The notes: a model not told the origin generated them from the sequence alone. DNA of 64,000 nt from Chrysemys picta bellii (GCF_011386835.1 NC_088795.1:46066001-46130000), one strand, 5' to 3'; counted from the first letter of the stretch, positions 11,837-25,700 are shown. Numbers and translations: made by a program.

Positions 11837-12129
11837 GTCTGGTACCCAACACAAGCTCCTATCGCGGCCGCCGGCACCAGGCAGGCGCGGGGAAGGGGGA
11901 GGAGCTGGAGCTGGAGCCTCCCCGCCCATGACGTCAGCTGTTGTTGTTCCCGCCGCTGCTGGCCGGCGGTGTCGCTCCAGAGCTGGCTATCCAGAGCCGC
12001 CCTCCCGCGCGCCTGACTGTCGCGCATGCGCCCGCGCTCCCTTTCCGTTAATGCTGGCGGTCGGGCTGGCGTCACGTGGGACGGCAGGATGCTAGAGAAA
12101 GGCGGGGCGCCAGTCACGTGTGAGTTTTG

Positions 12130-12338
12130 ATGGTAGCCGCTAGTTTTCTCTCCGGTCCGCTTCATCAACTGAGCGGCGGAAGGGGCTGGCCGTGTGGCAG
12201 TACCGCCCCAGTAGCGACCTTCAGCCCTCCCCGCTTCACACCCCTGAGAGCGGTTGTCCCTTCCCCCATGTGCGGCAGCTCTAGCTGGAGGCGGCGGCAG
12301 CAGCAGCAGCAGCAGCGGGGAGCCCCCTGCCCGGCTCA
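12130..12338 (+). other. ABHD18: Probable ABHD18 non-coding exon 1; 5' end uncertain
   Basis: Strong donor ctca|GTGAGT at 12339 inside the CpG island, on the ABHD18 strand. No transcript evidence was available. Confidence 0.55.
12298..12315 (+). repeat. (CAG)6 trinucleotide repeat preceded by GCG/CGG units
   Basis: gcggcggcagcagcagcagcagcagcgg read directly. Confidence 0.9.
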
Positions 12339-13374
12339 GTGAGTGACCCCGGGAAAGTGTCGGGCGGTGGGAGTCTCTGGCCGGTCTCAGGGCCGGGGGC
12401 TCTCCGGCCGCAGGCGGGGACTTGCTGCCCGACGCGCCTCCATGCGGGACCTGGGTCGGGACGGCGTCGCGATCGTTTGGTGCTGGGGACGCGATTCGAA
12501 GGAGAAGGGCCGTTTCCGCCTGCGGTCAGTAACTCGTCGCCTCCAGCCTAAGGGCGCGGGAAGCCGGGCTCGCCCCGCCATCCTCTCCCTGCGGGTGCCC
12601 GGCCCGCCGCCCTTCCTGCTCCTTGGCAGGAGAGCGCTTGCCCTGCCCTGGCCAGCTGGTGCCCAGTGTCTGCGCTTCCCTCCGGGTCTCCGTATCAGCA
12701 GATGCCCAATGGTGCTGAAACAATTTTATAGTGGGGCTCTGAAGGAGGAAACCGTGTATTTGGTTGTTATTACTACTTCAGGCTAGGGGGGTCAGGAGCA
12801 CCCCGAGTTCCAGCAGCTGGCTATGGCCATGCCCCCACCCTGATGCAGTCGGGACTGCTGTTTTAAGACATGTCCGTGTGTGTCTGTTTATCGATCTTGT
12901 CACTGCTCGCTCACCTGCCCCGCTCCAGAAAACCTCTGTAAAACTAATCCAGTCTTATCACCGCTTTGGTTTCATTTCTCCAAACCTGGAGTGGAAGGTA
13001 ACAGGGCAGTTGATGTTCTCCCCTTGCTCTGTGTAACCCATACCCTAAAACAGTTATTCAGAAAAATATTGTGGCTTCTACTTGTCATCCACTTGTAGAT
13101 TACAGCTTGTATTGTATCTGGTACAACTACTTGGTTGGTGTTTTCTCTTTATAATTTACTATGTTAAATTTATGCTTCACTTTTGAAAGTGTCTGCTTTT
13201 TCTCCAGTTGCTCTGTTTGTTTTTTGTACTTTGAACAAGTAAATGTTAGACTGAACTAGTGATCAACAGATATAAATCAAGACCAACAAGTAAAACAAGA
13301 ATCCATACATAATATCATCAGGACTACATGATGATGCTGATGAATTATGTAGTACTTTTTGTTGAGGATCTTGA

Positions 13375-14529
13375 TGTGACAGGTTACATCACAGAAACCC
13401 CCTGGGGAACTGCCAACTGATGTGCCAAGACTACTTTTGCCCCTGCTTTCCCTGCCAGCTTGGGAATCCAGCACCCTGTCTTGCTGAGCTAGACGGGCCA
13501 ATCTGCTCCAACACAGACCCAAGGTCTCAACCACGTGCCCCAAAGCTGCAGACTTAACTGAAAGCAACTTACAGAAGTGTTCCTGTCTTTAACACTCAGA
13601 TGGTCAACTCCCAATGGGGTCCAAACTCCAAATAAATCAATTTTACACTGTATAAAGCTTATACAGGGTAAACTCATAACTTGTTTGCCCTCTATAGCAC
13701 TGATAAGCACAGCTGTTTGCCCCCCCTCAGGCATTAATATATACTCAGGGTTAATTATTAAGTAAAAAGTGATTTTATTAAATACAGAAAGTAGGATTTA
13801 AGTGGTTCCAAGTAATAACAGACAGAACAAAGTGAATTACCAAGTAAAATAAAATAAAACATGCAAATCTAAGTCTAATACAGTAATAAAACTGAATACA
13901 GATTAAAATCTCATCCTCACAGATGTTTCAATAAGTTTCTTTCACAAACTGGACACCTTCCTAGTCGGGACACAATCCTTTCCCATGGTACAGCCCTTGG
14001 TCCAGCTCAGGTGGTAGCTAGGGGATTTCTCATGATGGCTGCCTCCTTTTCTCTGTTTCACCCACTTATATATCTTTTGCATAAGGCGGGAATCCTTTGT
14101 CACTCTGAGTCCCTTTTCTCAATGGAAAAGCACCAGGTTAAAGATGGATTCCAGTTCAGGTGACATGATCACATGTCACTGTAAGACTTCATTACCCACT
14201 TGCCAGCACACATGTATACAGGAAGACTCACAAGTAAAACAGAACCATCTACAGACAATTGTCCTGGTTAATGGGAGCCATCAAGATTCCAAACCACCAT
14301 TAATGGCCCACACTTCGCATAATTACAATAAGCCCTCAAAGTTATATTTTATATTTCTAGTTTCAGATACAAGAGTGATACATTTATACAAATACGATGA
14401 CCACACGCAGTAGATTATAAGCTTTGTAATGATACCTTACAAGAGACCTTTTGCATGAAGCATATTTTAGTTGCATTATATTCACACTCATCAGCATACT
14501 TTCATAAAATCTTAGAGTGCAATGTCACA
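13375..14529. mobile_element. Solo LTR, about 1.15 kb
   Basis: TGTGACA...TGTCACA termini. Flanks cttga and cttgg look like a 5-bp TSD with one mismatch. Confidence 0.8.
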
Positions 14530-17372
14530 CTTGGTTTCTCCACAAATATTTCAGTTATGCTGAAAATATAGTTCTCAAATTAACAAAAAATAATCCTGGT
14601 GGTCTCGCTGTGATCTTTATGCTCCCAAGTCTTGTACTGGAAAAGATAAATGTATCAAGTCACTTCGATATGAAGGAATATTTTTATCATGATCTTGAAT
14701 GATGGGTATTCTGTGCTAGTGCATTGAAAATAGGTATAATTTCTCAGCCGGATCAGTTTAGTTTGTTGGCAAGAGTTGTCTGACTCTCTGGCACAGAAAA
14801 TATATTGCCATTATTAATAAGCCTTTATAGTTTACGGTGGAGTTGATCATGTAATTAGGGCTGTGTATAAGTGTATATGGAGAGAGTACACATGTACACT
14901 AGCAGAGATGTATAGATAGTATTCAATATATGAATTCAAAGCGATAAAGCCCTTGCTCCATACGAAGGACTCTAACAGTTTTATTAGGGTAAGTTTTAAG
15001 TTTCACTGCCTCTTTCCCCTGTCTTTGTTTATGGAATATTACATTTCAGTCATAGTTTTTAAAAATTCTCATAGTTTTGTAGCAGTGCCATTTTTTTTAA
15101 ACCCTGGCCTACATTTCACCATCCCTCGAAAAAATTGCTTACTTTCTCATTTTTACCATACAACTATAAAATAAATCAATTGGAATATAAATATTGTACT
15201 TCTTTTCAGTGTATAGTATATAGAGCAGTATAATCAAGTCATTGTCTGTATGGGCTCGGACTTTTACTTCAGCCCCAAGCCCCAGCAAGTCTATTGCCAG
15301 CCCAGGCGATCCCATTAAAATGGGGTCACGAACCACTTTGTCATCCTGACCCACAGTTTACCCACAGCAGAGTAGTGTTGTGCTGCCGGAGACTTCCCTT
15401 GCCATGGAGAAAGGCTGGCAGCGGGGTGAGGTTCTTTTAGGGGGGAGGAAGCAGGGGAAGGCTCTAGCAGCTCCCTGCTTTCTTCTCCCTGCTATAATCT
15501 TTCACTGACATATGTAGCTGCACACTGCAATGTGGGTGTAGCTTGCTTTTCACTGCAGCATATAGCTACCCTATGTGCCACCGATGCTGGTGTGCAGTGT
15601 AGATGTAGCCAAAGTCTGATTTGTAACGCAGGCCGAAACACCTCACCCAGTAATTTCTGCACAAGCCCACAACTTCTGTTTGACCTATAGTGCATATTTT
15701 TAGAAAAATATCTACTCCTGAGTTAGACTTCACATGATGGAGAATCCACTACATCTCTAGGCATGTTGTTCCAAATGCTACTTGCCTATTAAAATTTGCA
15801 ACTAATTTCTAGTATGAGTTTGGCTAACTTTGGCTTCCAGCCACTGGATCTCTTTTTCGCTTTTTCCGCTTGATTATATGAGCCCTATATGATCATAAAT
15901 CTCTTCCCCATGTAGGTATTTATAGACTATGATCAAATCATCTCTTAACCTTCTCTTTGTTAAAATAAATAGGTTCTTGAGATAAATATAGCTTCTTAAG
16001 TATTTCAGTGCAAGTCATGCTTTCCAGGCTCTGAATCATTCTTGTAGCCTTTTCTGAAACCTTTCCAGGGGAGCGGGGCTCTTACTCCATTTTCAGTCCT
16101 CTTTATTTCAAATGGTCCTGAGCTGCTGGGCAGTCCTAATGTGAATCAGTGCAGTTGATTGAATATATTGAATTGTCTCATCCTGTGTCCTAGCATCCCT
16201 TTTAACATGCTCCAGTTGTCTAGCAATGTGTTTTGGGGTTGATGTAATATCAGCTTATTATCTTAAAATCACTTATACTCATGATCTAATTTCTGTTATC
16301 CTGGCCAACCTCAGATCTGTTCAAAGTACATCTCATTTACTGATTGCTAGTAGCTAAACTGAACCAAAAGCCCTTCTGATGAATGAGCTTCTAATTGGTG
16401 ATATGTAACTAGCGGGACATGACTCCATTTTGGAAACTTTTTTTTTTTAAACTCGATTGAAATCCATATTGCTAGGTGGCCCATTAACAGAAATGGAGTA
16501 ATAGCTTGTGTAGCTATCAGACTTTTTTTTAATAATTTGTCTGGGAGATGAGCAGAATAGACAGGCAGTAATGCTTAGAGTAGTTCAGAAATCAGGTGAA
16601 TAAAATGAATAAACAGGGTAACAAAACACATTAGCAAAGGAGGAAAGACAATTGAGATCAGTAAAATATTAACTAGTGAGTCATTAAAGATCAGCACTGA
16701 ACGGCAGCCAAGAACAGTAGCTAGAACCAAAGCAACAATTTTCAAGGTTTCTCGGTAAGTAAGGAAGCAAAATTTGTTTTGCAAGGGATGTTTGTTTTTG
16801 GGGTGATTCTAACCTTGGCAGTGGTGCCTTTTCCTTTCATTTTATATGGAGAGCAATATTGCCATAGTTGCAGCAGAGTTATAGTTTTCTTTTCTGAACA
16901 AGAAAGGTTCTGAAAGCAATTGTACTGGTATACCAAAGTGTTTCTGATCTTGGCATGTTGCAAGATATCTCTCTTTAAAATCATGTTGTTCTGATGGTCC
17001 TCACATACACGTTTCAGTACCAACGTGACTGATGTCATGTCTCAGATTATTTTATATGACTTAAGCTTTTCATTAATCTAATTTTAAAAGACTAGAAGGT
17101 ACTGAAGTGAAGACAGTGGGCTAAACTAAGCAAGCTGGGGATAAGAATAACGTGACTTTAAAGTTCGCTGCTTGAGACTGGCAGGGCTAGGAATTAAGGC
17201 TTCATACTACTAGAAAGCAAAATTTCCTGGCTTTTCAGTGGTTATAAAGCACTTATTTCTGTCCCTTAAGTTTTATATGTCAGAATTTAGTACTGTTACT
17301 GGTTCTTTGGAGAAGCAGTATTTTGGGGGAGTCAGGGAGGGGTTATGTTACACAGATTCAATTTGAGTATAG

Positions 17373-17783
17373 GTTTCAGAGGGGTAGCCGTGTTAGTCTG
17401 TATCAGCAAAAACAACAAGGAGTCCTTGTGGCACCTTGGAGACTAACAAATTTATTTGGGCATAAGCTTTCGTGGGCTATAACCCACTTCATCAAATGCA
17501 TGGAGTGAAGAATACAGTAAGCAGGTATAAATATACACCACATGAAAAGATGGGAGTTGCCTTACCAAGTGGGGGGTCAGTGCTAACGAAGCCAATTCAG
17601 TTAGGGTGGATGTGGCCCATTTCGAACAGTTGACAAGAATGTGTGAGTATCAACAGAGGGAAAATTCTTTTTTTGTAGTGACCCAGCCACTCCCAGTCTT
17701 TATTCATGCCTAATTTGATGCTGTCAAGTTTGCAAATTAACTCCGGTTCTGTAGTTTCTCCTTGAAGTCTGTTTTTGAAGTTT
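17373..17783 (-). mobile_element. Penelope-like retroelement 3' fragment (GIY-YIG C-terminus plus hammerhead-bearing terminal repeat)
   Basis: Minus strand encodes NFKNRLQGETTEPELICKLDSIKLGMNKDWEWLGHYKK, followed by a hammerhead-like motif at about 17459-17499. Confidence 0.8.
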
Positions 17784-19693
17784 GAAGTTTCTGCTTACAA
17801 AAATACAAAAATGTTTATTCTAAATATTTTTATTTTGTTTAGAAATGACTGAGATCCTTCAATAGTTGGCTTTATAGATATGCAAAGTACTACATTATTA
17901 GTGTGTGAACACTAATCATTTTTTTTTATATATATTTAAAAGAGCTTGCAATTGGAGTGTGGTATGGGCTCAAGTTAACAGCATTTCAGATACAAAACTA
18001 GATGAATTAAAGAACTACAACTGCATAAATCAAGGGTTGTAAGCAAGGTTCCTTAGATCATGCAGTGGATAGAGATTTGGAAATATGCTGATTATCCCAC
18101 TTATCAATACATATTTCATACAACAAATGGTGTTTTGTTATACATTTAATTTTTTAATTGATATTAAATCATCTGTTTTCTTAAGTGTAGAAAAATCCTG
18201 AAACTTTAATTGGAAGATCATATGCTTTGTGACACACACAACCAATAGCTTAACTTTTTTGCCTGGTGTATCAAGTGCACAGAAGTGGCTCCCCATTATT
18301 TTAGTAAGTGTAGCTTTTTAACTAAAAGTTTGTCAGTAAACTACCATTTACTGATCAAACTTCAACATAAGTAAGAAGTATCCTTCACTGAAAGGAATGC
18401 TGTCAAGGATTTTGATAGTATGATTTTCCAGTCATACCCCTTAATCAAGGGTGGCAAAGTGCTAATGTATGTGCAGTTATACCTTAAATAAGTCCTTTTA
18501 CCATTATAACTTTTGTTTGGGGAACTGGTATAAGCTATACCGGCGAAAGAAATGTTGCTGGTATAAGCTGTCTCTCCATTGGGAGGATTTGCTGGTATAG
18601 CTCTATCAGCGAACCCTTTCTAATGTAGCTAAAGCCTCAGTTACTGTCTCAGAGCTGCTAACTCTCAATTCATTGCAGCACTTCTCTGAAGAATGCTAAT
18701 TTTGCAATATTGTTTTCTTGGCTATCTCAGAGACCTGTAGGAGGAATCACTCTGATTCTGTGAGGTACAATGACTTCAGGTTTGCAAGAACAAACAAGTT
18801 TTAATAGTTAAATGGGAAATTAAGAATAAAATTAATTTCAACCTGTATTCTTCCAAAACTCAATAAGGACAAGGCACTCCTGTAGCAGTGTTCCTGTACC
18901 CCACATTTCTAGCAAGCATCCATATCGTTCGCATCAGTCTCTTGCATTTTTGTAGGGAGTGGATGTAATCTGAATTAAAGCTTTCGTTTTATATGTTGTT
19001 GAAGGAAATGGACTTTCTTTTCTGAGTTATAGCACTGATCACAAAATTAAAGTCAAGCAAATTTAATGATAGATATTGGGACCATATAATTGCCTGCTGA
19101 ATAGCATCCTCTCACTTCAGTACGTCAGTAATAGGTCTGTGTCTTGACTTCAAAGAGAATTGCAATTTAAAGCGCATTACGAATTTTCTAGAATTTGTAT
19201 GCACTGAGAAATGTAGGGAGAATTGGTAACAAAACTCTGCTAATCATGGGATTCGTTTTTTAAGTAATAGGATGTGCATAGTGCAAGGTTGACAAAGAAG
19301 TATGTCTGTTCTATAAAAGAGCTTTCCATGAAAAACTGGATTAATGATAATGGGGTCTTCCCAGATCTGAAAAGCATTTTCTCCACTCAGATTAGTTCAT
19401 GTAAAATGACCCATTTTCAGCATGATAAATAGATGTTATTCCACAGAGCATATACATTTCTCTTACATCTGCAAGAAAATCAAATTCCCCAAATTTTTTC
19501 AAGCTCTCTCAATCTACCAGGATTCCATTCCTAAAACTTGGCAGCGTTATTGTGCTCTGGGTAACTTGTGTGATCTGGGAATTTCTAACATCACTGAGTA
19601 ACCTGCTTTTTGTCCCCCAAAGTTTACCCCTTTGTAGAACAAAATAACCTAATTACAATTAAGATGCATTTCTTCCAAATTATTGTCATGATA

Positions 19694-19875
19694 CACCTCT
19701 ACCTCGATATAACACTGTCCTTGGGAGCCAAAAAATCTTACCGCGTTAGATAGGTGAAACTGCATTATATCAAACTTGCTTTGATCTGCCAGAGTTTGCA
19801 GCCCCGCCCCGGAGCACTGCTTTACCGCGTTATATCCGAATTCATGTTATATCGGGTCGCGTTATACCGGGGTAG
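19694..19875. mobile_element. Tc1/mariner (Tigger-like) MITE with a clipped right end
   Basis: TA|CACCTCTACCTCGATATAAC...GTTATACCGGGGTAG. Same family as 54792..54991. Confidence 0.8.
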
Positions 19876-20314
19876 ATATAACGTATACTAATGTGTACTG
19901 GTATAAAAACATAACTTGTTTGTGGATAAGATAAGTACTTATCACTCTGGTAACTTTGGATAATTAGTTTTCCTTTGACTATGGAGATCAAAAACGAACC
20001 TGTAAGGAAATGTAATGGTCAGAAATTTAACACTATTTGAAATTATGATTAAAATGTTTTTCACATCTATTCAAAAATTGAGACTAGAACAGAGGGAAGA
20101 GGTTGAAATGTAGCTGATGGAACATGAATCTGAATTTCTTCTAGCATCTAAAATTGAAGATCCATATCTATGCTTCAAATCCAATTTTACAAAATAGGAT
20201 GCATCATAGTTTGTTGCATCAAAATGATAGTTTTACTTCTGCAGTTTTTCTCTGGAAGATGAGAGTGGAATCCAGGGACTGAATGGGGGTAGAAAGGTTT
20301 TCTTCTAAGTTGTG

Positions 20315-20774
20315 TAGGGTTACCATACGTCCATATTTTCCTGGACATGTCCGGCTTTTTGATTCTTAAATCACCGTCCGGAAGGAATTTTTAAATATTT
20401 AAAAACATCCGGGATTTTGCCATTATTATTTTTCCCCAAAGAAGAGTTGATCATTCGAGAGAGAGAGTGAATGTTGATCATTCGAGAGCGTGCTCGCTTT
20501 TCCCCCCTAGCTCCCAGTGCTTTCGCTGCAAAACAGCTGTTTCGTGCAGCTGGGAGGGAGGGTGGAGGAGGGGGAATGCGGTGCGCTCATGGGGAGGAGG
20601 TGGGGCTGGGGTGGGAATTTGGGGAAGGGGCCAATGGGGCAGGGAGGGGGCGGAGTTGGGGCAGGAATTTTGAGGAAGGGGTTGGAATGGGGGCGGGGAA
20701 GGGGTGGAGTTGAGGCGTGGCCGGGGGCCCCCATGGAGTGTCCTCTTTTTCAATATTCAAATATGGTAACCCTA
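20315..20774. mobile_element. hAT-type MITE with TAGGGTTACCATA TIRs and perfect 8-bp TSD AAGTTGTG
   Basis: TSD at 20307-20314 and 20775-20782. Confidence 0.9.
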
Positions 20775-21005
20775 AAGTTGTGCCTACCTGAGCCCTCAAA
20801 ATTATGCACTACAGATTGTGCAGGTGTTCAAAATATGAACAGTTGGACTCTTTGGGCTTTGCTCCCCTTCACATGGGTTTGACTGGGTTCTTTGGGCTTG
20901 ACTTTCCCTCAGAGGGGCTGTGATGCCTTGTTGAGCTTCTTTGCTGTGGCTGCTTCTTGTCTGAGAAAAAAAAAAAGTGATATTCTTACAAAACCACCTA
21001 CTTAA

Positions 21006-21146
<141 letters not shown>

Positions 21147-22754
21147 TGATTATTTTTCTTCACAGAAAAAAAATCAGAATATTTCATACTGCTAATCTAA
21201 GTAAATTTATTTTAAATACTATGAACAGATAAATGTTTTTTACTAAAAATACAATGTGTTATTTTCAGTTTTCTAAAAAAAAGTAAAACACCACACTATA
21301 GGACTAATTAGACTTCAGAAACTAAATAAATATTTTAATTTTTAAATTAATATATTTTTCCTTACCACAAAATAGTTTAGTGTATAAATGCAAGATGCTG
21401 TTACAGTCTTTGTTTAAAAACAAAGAATCCAATTAATGGAAACTTAAACATGCTGGTGTAGGATAACATTTTAAAAGATCTTGAATTTATATAAAGCTAG
21501 CTGGATCGTTTGTGTTGTCCAAGGACAACGCTTGTAAAACTCTTTGGAAGGAGGCATCTCCTATAAAATTAGAAAAGAACTAACTCGGTTTCTCTTTTAC
21601 TTAATGGTTTATAAAGAAGTTAGTTTGCCAAATACAAACTTTAAAACATAAAATGTAGGATAGGTATACGCCTTGCTTTCTCCATTTGGTTTCTCTTGGA
21701 AAAACTATGGCTAAATTTTGCACATCCATTTTTAATGGGTTATATAGAGAGAAAAATCTCCTTTTAGAGTTGATTAAGAACAAGAAAGAGCTTTTGCTTT
21801 ATAGGTTTTGATTTCATGTTTGTTTAAGGTTTATATATTAGCATGATATATTCCCAAAGATTTAATGTAAAATAGTTTAATACAATGTTAATTCCTCTTA
21901 ATGAATCTTTGAGTGGATTGATTTTAAAAGGCTTTTGCTTTTATACAAGCAACTTTATATGGTTTCTTAAGTTTTAAATATTGAATAATTGAGCGTATAA
22001 AATGCATAATATATTATATTAGACTAAAATGAAAATTATAGATTTAAATTTCTGAGAAATTGACTTTGTGCAAACATAAACACTACAAACAAAGGAATAC
22101 ATTGAGCAAGAAACTGTGTTGAGGAAGTTTTGTATGTAGCAGTTGGTGGAGATCTGTAAATGTACATTGAGACTACCAGAGAGGTATAGTAGTTAACCTT
22201 GCAACAGTTCATCCTTAAATGGAATTAGATAGCTTAGCCTCTTTTCCCAACAACCATTTGTCTGGTTCGTCTGTTTAGAGTTGTCCAAATTCAAACAAAA
22301 GCCAAATTTCAAAATTTACTGCAAAACAAAATTTTGAAAACATTTTGTTTTGAGTAAATGAAAACATTTAATTTTTATTTTGAAATCTTTAATTTTTTAT
22401 AATATTAAAACAAAAAAATCAAAACATCATTTCGACCTTAGCAAAATACTTTTTTCAATTTTTTTTAAATGAAACTTTTCAAAATCAACACATTCTCTCA
22501 GAAAATTTCAGTTTCAATGAAACAGCATTTTTTTTACAGGGGAAAAAACATTGTTATAAATTTTTCAACAAGATGTACTATTTAGCTTGTAATCTCTCAG
22601 GGGCAGAGTCTGTTTTGTATTTGCACATGGCCTCGCACAATGAGGACTCAATCTCAGTTGGCACTGCTTTAATGCTAACACTAGTAATAATGGTATTAAC
22701 TATTCCAAGGTATTTTAAGGATTATCATTTGTTAAATTAATTCCAAAATGTAGG

Positions 22755-25700
22755 ATTCTTTAAGTGGATTGTCCACATATATTCCACTTCAGGTGCACCT
22801 GAACCTCATGCACATGAGACCCTTTGAGTAGCAATGTCTGTTGGGGCTGCACCTGTGACCTGTGCATCCTCCAGCACTCTATAGACAAAGGTATAAAGGG
22901 CAGAGGCAGACTCAGTTGCTTTTCAGTTCATTCTTTCCTCCTGTGAGTGCAGGAAGGAATGGCTGGCATCTCTGCCTATGTGTATGTGCTGTTCCTCCAC
23001 TCCAGAGTCAGGCAGAACATCCTTCACTGCAGCCCAGTCCTCTGAAGAGAGAGGCCTGAAGGAACACTGTTCCTATGATGGGAGACATAGATCGTCCTCT
23101 CCAGTTCCAAACAGATCACCCTAGGACGGAAGTCAAGGCACAGGTCAGGTCCCACTGGCCTTGGTGCACTTTTCAATAGTCATTGATGTGCCCAGTATAT
23201 GTTACCAACGATCCAAGCAGCTGACACTGAAACCAGCTTCAAGAACACTCTTCAGACCTCTCTGGACCAGCACTGAAAGCACATTCTTACCAAGACTGTG
23301 CCTTTGGTAACGAAAACCTTGGCACCGACATCTTTCACGCCAACTTGTTGATGGTACCGCAACTCTTCTTTCTGAATCTTCACCTCTGGAGCTTCTCTTT
23401 GCAGTACCTACACAGTTCACAGGACTGGGAGAGTTGACAGTTCTGGACTAGCCTAAGTTTCCATTGATGTCTTCTATTAAGAAACCCAGTGCCACCAGCT
23501 CAGGAGCCTCGTGGTTCTACTCAAGCACTCGAGAGATCTGCTTTACCCAACTGCTTTGGTCCCTGGACCCTTATGAGCCTACTCTGTCTGAAAGAGCATT
23601 CAGAAATCCACATGAGGGACTGCAGGGACAATCACGAGCAGTACTTTGCACGGGACCCATCATGGCCTGCACCCCCTTCCAGAACCTCATGCAGTCATGG
23701 TCTTTCTGAATCCTATATGGGATGCATCCTACTCGCAAGACTCCAGTTGCCTCTCAGGCAACTACAGCAAGGTCACCCTTCCCTTGTAGGTCTCACTCAT
23801 CTGGCATATCATACACCTGATGCAGAGAGTGAGCAAGAGGACTTTCAGAAGAAAGAAGCCCAACATGTCCTGACAGTGATTTTTGTCATCTTCAGTGAAC
23901 TGTTACAGCTTCAAACCAGCCTGATGACTGCTGGATCTTCCAGCAACTTCTCAGGAGATGAATGGGATTTCCAAGATGTCAGCTAAGTTTAAATGACTTC
24001 TCTTGCACTACCTTCTCCATATTCTGCATATGTTCAGATCACCTGCAGATTGGTAGTGCCAATAAATAATAGCTTAGTGCACAGGCACCAGTTTCCTCTG
24101 GATCCTTGTTCCGCCCCAGGCCCTGCCCCCACCCCGACCCCTTCTCCCAAGCCCCCACCCATGCCCCGCCTCTTCCCATCCCTGGTCCACTCCCACGGAA
24201 CAGCTGATCGAGGTGGGTGGGAGGTGCTGGGACGGAGCAGGAGGAGTTGATTGGCGGGGCCGCCGGCGGACGGTAGGCACTTGTGGGGATGGGGGAGGAA
24301 GAAGCTGGCTGCTGGTGGGTGCTAAGCACCCATCAATTTTTTTCCCCCGTGGGCGCTCCAGCCCTGGAACACCCACGCAGCTGGCACCTATGGCTTAATG
24401 GAATCAGTTAGAGACCTCTATGCCTCTATGGTGCCTACATCTAAGAAAATGGACAGGTGCTATCAGATCACCTCCAGAGGCTTTGAATATTTCTTTAGCC
24501 ATCTAACACTCGACTCCTTGATCATAGTCACTGTCCAAGAGAAGTCCAAATGACAAGGGCCACATAAAGCAACTCCCAGGGATAAAGATCTTAAAATGTT
24601 GGTGGACCTCTTTGATTGGAATTTGTATTCTTTAGCCATCCTATAAGCGTTCATTATTAACTACCAAGCACTCGTGGCTAAATACAGCTTTCTTAACCGG
24701 GCTCATGCATCCCAATTCACCAACAAACTCCAACAGGAACACAAGGAATTTAAATCCCAGGTGCAGGAGGGACAGCTGGTTGCATGGCCCTCAATACAGG
24801 TTGCTCTCAACACCTCACCTACAGTGGCTTGTAGTATGGCTAGCATAATAACAATTCATTGGGCCTCCTGATTGCAGTCCTTGAGAATACTGGAGGAGGC
24901 TCAAGCAACCATTGAGGGCTTCCCCTTTGAGGATTGTGATTTTAATAAGAATACTGATGAGGCTATTTGCTTGTTGAAGGACATCAAAGACAACCTTTTG
25001 CTCTCTGGGTGTATGCATCTTGGTTCCATGAAGGAGATGGTACAAGCCTCAGCCCTGTCCAAGGCAGACACAACCATCTGAGTACTATTATAGACAGCAG
25101 AGACTGTTTGAGCCACTGAAGAAGAGGCAGAAGTTCCAGATGAAGATACCTTCTGCCCCTTCCTCCTCTGACGCACACCTTTCATCTACCTTGAAACAGC
25201 AGGTTTGAATGTGCAGTTGAGAGCCTTGCAGAGCCAGCAGATCCAGCTCTTTCCTCCCCTTTTGAGAGCTGTTTGTTTGGGGAGATATGGAACCAAATTA
25301 CCTGGGACCAAAGGGTTCTGGAGTCTTTTGGACAAGGATTCTCTATCCAGTTTCAGTCCCCTGCAAACCTCCCCACATCCCCAATCCCTTCTGGGACCCC
25401 TTTCATGAGATATTGCTCAGGAAGGAAGTGGACTCCCTCCTGCAACTCAGAGCAGTAAAAGGATGCCCTTGGAATTCCAGGGCAGGGTGGGTTATTTTGA
25501 TCACAAGCAGAGAGGGGAATGGAGCCCTGTCCTGAAACTGACTCAACAAATTCATCTGTGGGTTCCAGTTCAGGATGGTGATGCTGATGTCCATAATCCC
25601 CACCTAGGATCCTCAAGATTGGTTTGTAACTCTACTTACAAGACACATACTTTCATATTGCAATTCACCCGGCCCCAAAGAGATATTTCAGGTTACTTGT

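Larger units (their letters stand above)
10930..12700. promoter_or_regulatory. CpG island and bidirectional promoter shared by MFSD8 and ABHD18
   Basis: Very GC- and CpG-rich. CRE TGACGTCA at 11929-11936, NRF1-type GCGCATGCGC at 12022-12031, GTCACGTG at 12071-12078 and 12113-12120, GC box GGCGGGGC at 12101-12108. Edges are approximate. Confidence 0.85.

Noticed and set aside
17843-17950. Possible additional ABHD18 5' UTR exon after a good acceptor (ttttattttgtttag)
   Set aside because: No convincing donor and no transcript evidence. It cannot be supported from sequence alone.
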